Shown here piece after piece: positions 60,737 through 64,000 of a stretch of DNA of 64,000 nt (the first letter of the stretch is position 1; every line of letters begins with the position of its first letter). This stretch comes from Vitrella brassicaformis CCMP3155 (Eukaryota; Protista; Chromerida): positions 124,001 through 188,000 of the forward strand of contig CDMY01001045.1 in NCBI GenBank assembly GCA_001179505.1, written 5' to 3'. The translations under genes and the position numbers were made by a program. Under the pieces are notes generated by a model, which worked only from the letters and a program-made list of their open reading frames with translations, was not told where the DNA came from and did no database searches.

Positions 60737-62117
60737 TCACACAGTCATGATTTCCTTGTCTTTGATCTTGTAAGTCTCGTCAATCTCCTTGACAAACTTG
60801 TCTGTCAGCTTCTGAGCCTCGCCCTGCACATCCATCATAGGTAGGAAATGACAGACCACACCAGCGAGTGCGGGCCGGTAGGTACCTGAAAGTCTTTGCT
60901 TTGGTCTTCGCTCAGCTCTGAGTCTTTCTCCATCTTCTTGATGGAATCCACCACATCCCGACGAATGTTCCTTACAATACAACCACACACAGCCACACGC
61001 ACACACGTGCCCGCCGGTGCGAGGGATGTCTGAGTGTGTGTGTGGGCCGGGCCACCCACCTTATTGCCACCCGGCTGTCTTCGGCAATCTGCTTGGCTTG
61101 CTTGGCGATGCCCTTCCTGCGATGACATCGCAGACCAGACACACAGAGAGGCAGACAGACAGGACAATACACACAGAAATGCACAGAGCGCCACTGATTG
61201 GCTGTTTATTTGCCTCTACGACATTTGGCTGAGATAGCTGGCTGACCTCCTGTCTTCGGTCATCGCTGGAACGTTGAGCCGGATGCACCTACCCACACAC
61301 CACACAGAGCAGGCCGGCCCATTCAATTCACGTGCTGGTATGTATGGTCGATGGATGCTCTTTGCTTGTGTGTTCCCTCCCACGCCCTGCCGTGTCTGTC
61401 TGTCTGTCTGTCTGTCTGTGTGTCTGTGAGTCAGTCTGACTTTCCATCGCTGTTTGGCGTGAGTCCCAGTTCCGACTGCAGGATGGCCTTCTCGATCACC
61501 GGGATGACGCTCTTGTCGTAAGGGTCGATCCTCAGTGTTGACGCGTCAGGCGCACCGTAACCTCAACCAACACACAACATAATACAACACACAAGCAAAG
61601 GTAGACAGACGATAAATAAGGTGAATAAGGGTCGTGCGACGCCCAGCACTGACTCGCCAGCTGTTTGAGCGGCGTCGGTGTCCCGTAGTACTCAATGCTG
61701 ATGCGGTCCAACATCCCCGGACTGCACTCACAACCACCAGTATACCACCAATCATGCCATGCAGCGCAGGCAGCAACCAACGGCCACTTCTCCCATCCCT
61801 CCTCCCTCTCCCTCCCTCCCTCCCTCCCTCCCAACTCACTTGGCTCTGCCCGTCCTGAGAGTGGCGAGGTTGTTGCGCAATGCATCGAGGCTCTTCTGCA
61901 TGCGCTCCTCGCCGTCGAGGAGGTACTCGTTGGCCATCGATGGGCCATCCTCCTGCATCCACACACCCGACGCCGACCGATGGCGTGACACATGGAGGGG
62001 CAGATGGGACCGCCAGAGCCGAGAGGGGGGCAGGAAGGCAAAGCTGTGGCGGTAGCCCAGCAGGTGGTCTATCAGGCAGAGAGCCATGGATACGCGCAGG
62101 GACGCTGACGCCGCCAT
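60737..62117 (-). CDS. frr: Ribosome recycling factor, organelle (probably plastid) targeted
   Basis: [98 protein letters not shown]...KDKEIMTV*. N-terminal extension resembles signal + transit peptide. Confidence 0.95.
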
Positions 62118-62242
62118 GAATATGAATGAAACCTCAAGATCCACACTCGATTTGCGCCAGCGACCACGCAACTCGTGTTTGCTGATCAGATGACCGCTGG
62201 AAACGTCGCTGCTTCTTCAGAGCTCGCCCATCCTCTGCGAGC

Positions 62243-64000
62243 TTGGCTTGCAGAGGGAGAGCCCTCTTGGAGCATTTCTTCAAAGTGTGTGTAATGAGAA
62301 GGAAAGGCAGACGATGGAGCCTTGTGCAGATCCTCTCACCGCTGTGCCTTGGCGTGGTGACCGCGGCGTGTGCGGCTTTGCTGAAGCGGTACGCACGACG
62401 TGGGGACGTAGATCAACCCATCCCCATCGCTGCTTGTGCGCCGTCAGGTTACGTGACGCCTCGCCCGTCCCGCCGACTGCTTTCTCGCCCCTGCCTTCGC
62501 TTCTGCAGAGGCATAGAACACTGACTGACCTGACGGACACGAAAGGGGGAGAGATCTGACGTGTTGGTCCTTTCTTCCTTCTCTCTGTATGTTTGCAGGC
62601 GTGCGGGTCCGCCCTCTCCCTTGTCCAGGCTGGGTGTGTTGGCGCCCGAGGGGTCCAAGTATCCGACGCCTCATGAGACCATATGGGGCGGACCCGATGG
62701 AAAGGGCCTCATACCGGTCGGACGCACTTTGCAATCGATACACACACACACACACACATTATGGCGGGTATCGGAGTGTGTATGTTAATGGCGGTTTGGT
62801 TGGTGGTTTGGTTGTGTCAGAGTGACGACACGAATCCCTGGTATGTGTTCAAGCACTGCCCCTGGGCGGCGCTGGACATGCGGGCCAACCTGCTTCAGCC
62901 AATGGGTGCGTGCGGACACATGCTTGCTTGTACTGATCAGTGAATGGAAGCATCTTACACACGCACACACACGTGGTGGGAGGGGCTCTATGTCTGTCTG
63001 TGTGTCTGTCTGTCTGTCCATCTGTGTGCAGGGGTGATCGGCAGCGGGCCGGAGAACTATGACGGCATGGGCCTCGACGAGGAGATCTTCGAGGGCAACA
63101 GAGACAGGTGTGCGGGTGGGGTGGGCTGCATTGCCGACACATTCACGTGACAAGAGAGAGACCTTCTTGTCTGTCGTCCCTCCTGTGTGTCTTTGTCTCC
63201 TCCCTCCCAGGCAGCGCAATCCCGCGTGGCCTCGCCACCTCGACCATGGTGTACAGTGGAGGCACGCATACCAGTGAGTGAGCACACACACACATAGACC
63301 GACCAGGAGACCAAGATGCCTAAGCACTTCACGTCGCCTGGCGGTGTGCTGTCCAGGCATGGCAACGGTTACGATCCCCACCCAGAGCCCGACGGCTGCC
63401 AGGACTACACCATCGGTCGGTCCGTACGGAACGCCGATCACACAAGACGTAGACCATATGTGTGCCTGCGTATGTTGTGTGTATGCGGGTGTGCAGGCGA
63501 GACTGACGAGGACCTGGAGCGTCGGCAGTGGGGCTGCTTCAACAACGACAGGGGCAAGTACCTCGACCCCATCACAGGTGGGTACAGACGTCTAAAGGAC
63601 GTGATGCCATCTGGTCTGTCTGGTGTGTGCATGTCGGTATGTCGCTGCAGCGTACAAGGATTTCCGCGAGGACCCGACGACGATGACGCCGCACGTGCCC
63701 TTCCAGAAGTTCGATCAGCCGGTGGTGCAGGACTACCCCGAGTGGGGCAGATACGGCCCGTGCTTCCCATCACACCACGTACTCGCCGACTGGAGGTGAG
63801 TGAGGACAGGAGAGGAGAAGAGAGGGCCTTGGGTGAATGGGATGGGCGAAGGGGTGGAGAGGGGGTGCACAGACAGACAGACAGATTGATGGAGGTGAAT
63901 GGGGACACATCACTCATTTCTTCGCGCCTCCCTTTTGTTTCCGTTCAGGATGAATCTGGCTGCCCTTGACAAACTTGAGAACGGCCCTGTCATCGAAATG
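62243..64000 (+). CDS. Probable ABCA-type transporter N-terminus / membrane protein (runs off the window end)
   Basis: ALLEHFFKVCVMRRKGRRWSLVQILSPLCLGVV resembles the ABCA start (LLxKxxxxxxR...xxxxILxP + TM1), followed by a long multi-exon ectodomain. No nucleotide-binding domain lies inside the window. Confidence 0.45.

Noticed and set aside
1-64000. Hundreds of 60-300 aa ORFs in the six-frame track, including those with GTG/TTG starts
   Set aside because: The DNA is eukaryotic, GC-rich and spliced. Most are antisense shadows or read through microsatellite introns (CVCVCV, THTHTH, DRQTDRQ).
1-64000. CRISPR arrays, rRNA, tRNA, transposase or reverse transcriptase genes
   Set aside because: I saw no regularly spaced repeat-spacer pattern, cloverleaf, rRNA signature or DDE/RT motif by eye. 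Not machine-scanned.

Overview
This is intron-rich eukaryotic genomic DNA with GT-AG introns full of (GT)n/(GTCT)n/(CATC)n microsatellites and two 300-N scaffold gaps. It is not prokaryotic, so most ORF-track entries are exon fragments or antisense noise. Intron style, a plastid-type ribosome recycling factor with a bipartite leader and alveolate-type genes point to a chromerid alga, most likely Vitrella brassicaformis (inference). I spliced genes by eye, so exon boundaries are approximate. Recognisable genes: MIF tautomerase, START lipid-transfer protein, flavin monooxygenase, STE20-family kinase, ADP-ribosylglycohydrolase, secreted alpha/beta hydrolase, OST-HTH/LOTUS protein, histidine phosphatase, VOC/glyoxalase, plastid RRF and a probable ABCA N-terminus. 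Most notable observations: (1) a membrane pyrophosphatase homologue whose catalytic acidic motifs are almost all eroded (pseudo-enzyme); (2) a signal-peptide- and TM-anchored surface protein built from bacterial RTX-adhesin-type modules; (3) a ~29 kb segment bounded by ~1.7 kb inverted repeats, where the assembly shows junctions of both orientations (invertible kinase-tail swap or misassembly); (4) a fold-back hairpin whose loop encodes a TenA-like gene fragment; (5) an inverted pair of membrane-protein paralogs bracketing 13.4 kb. No rRNA, tRNA, CRISPR array or transposase was recognised.
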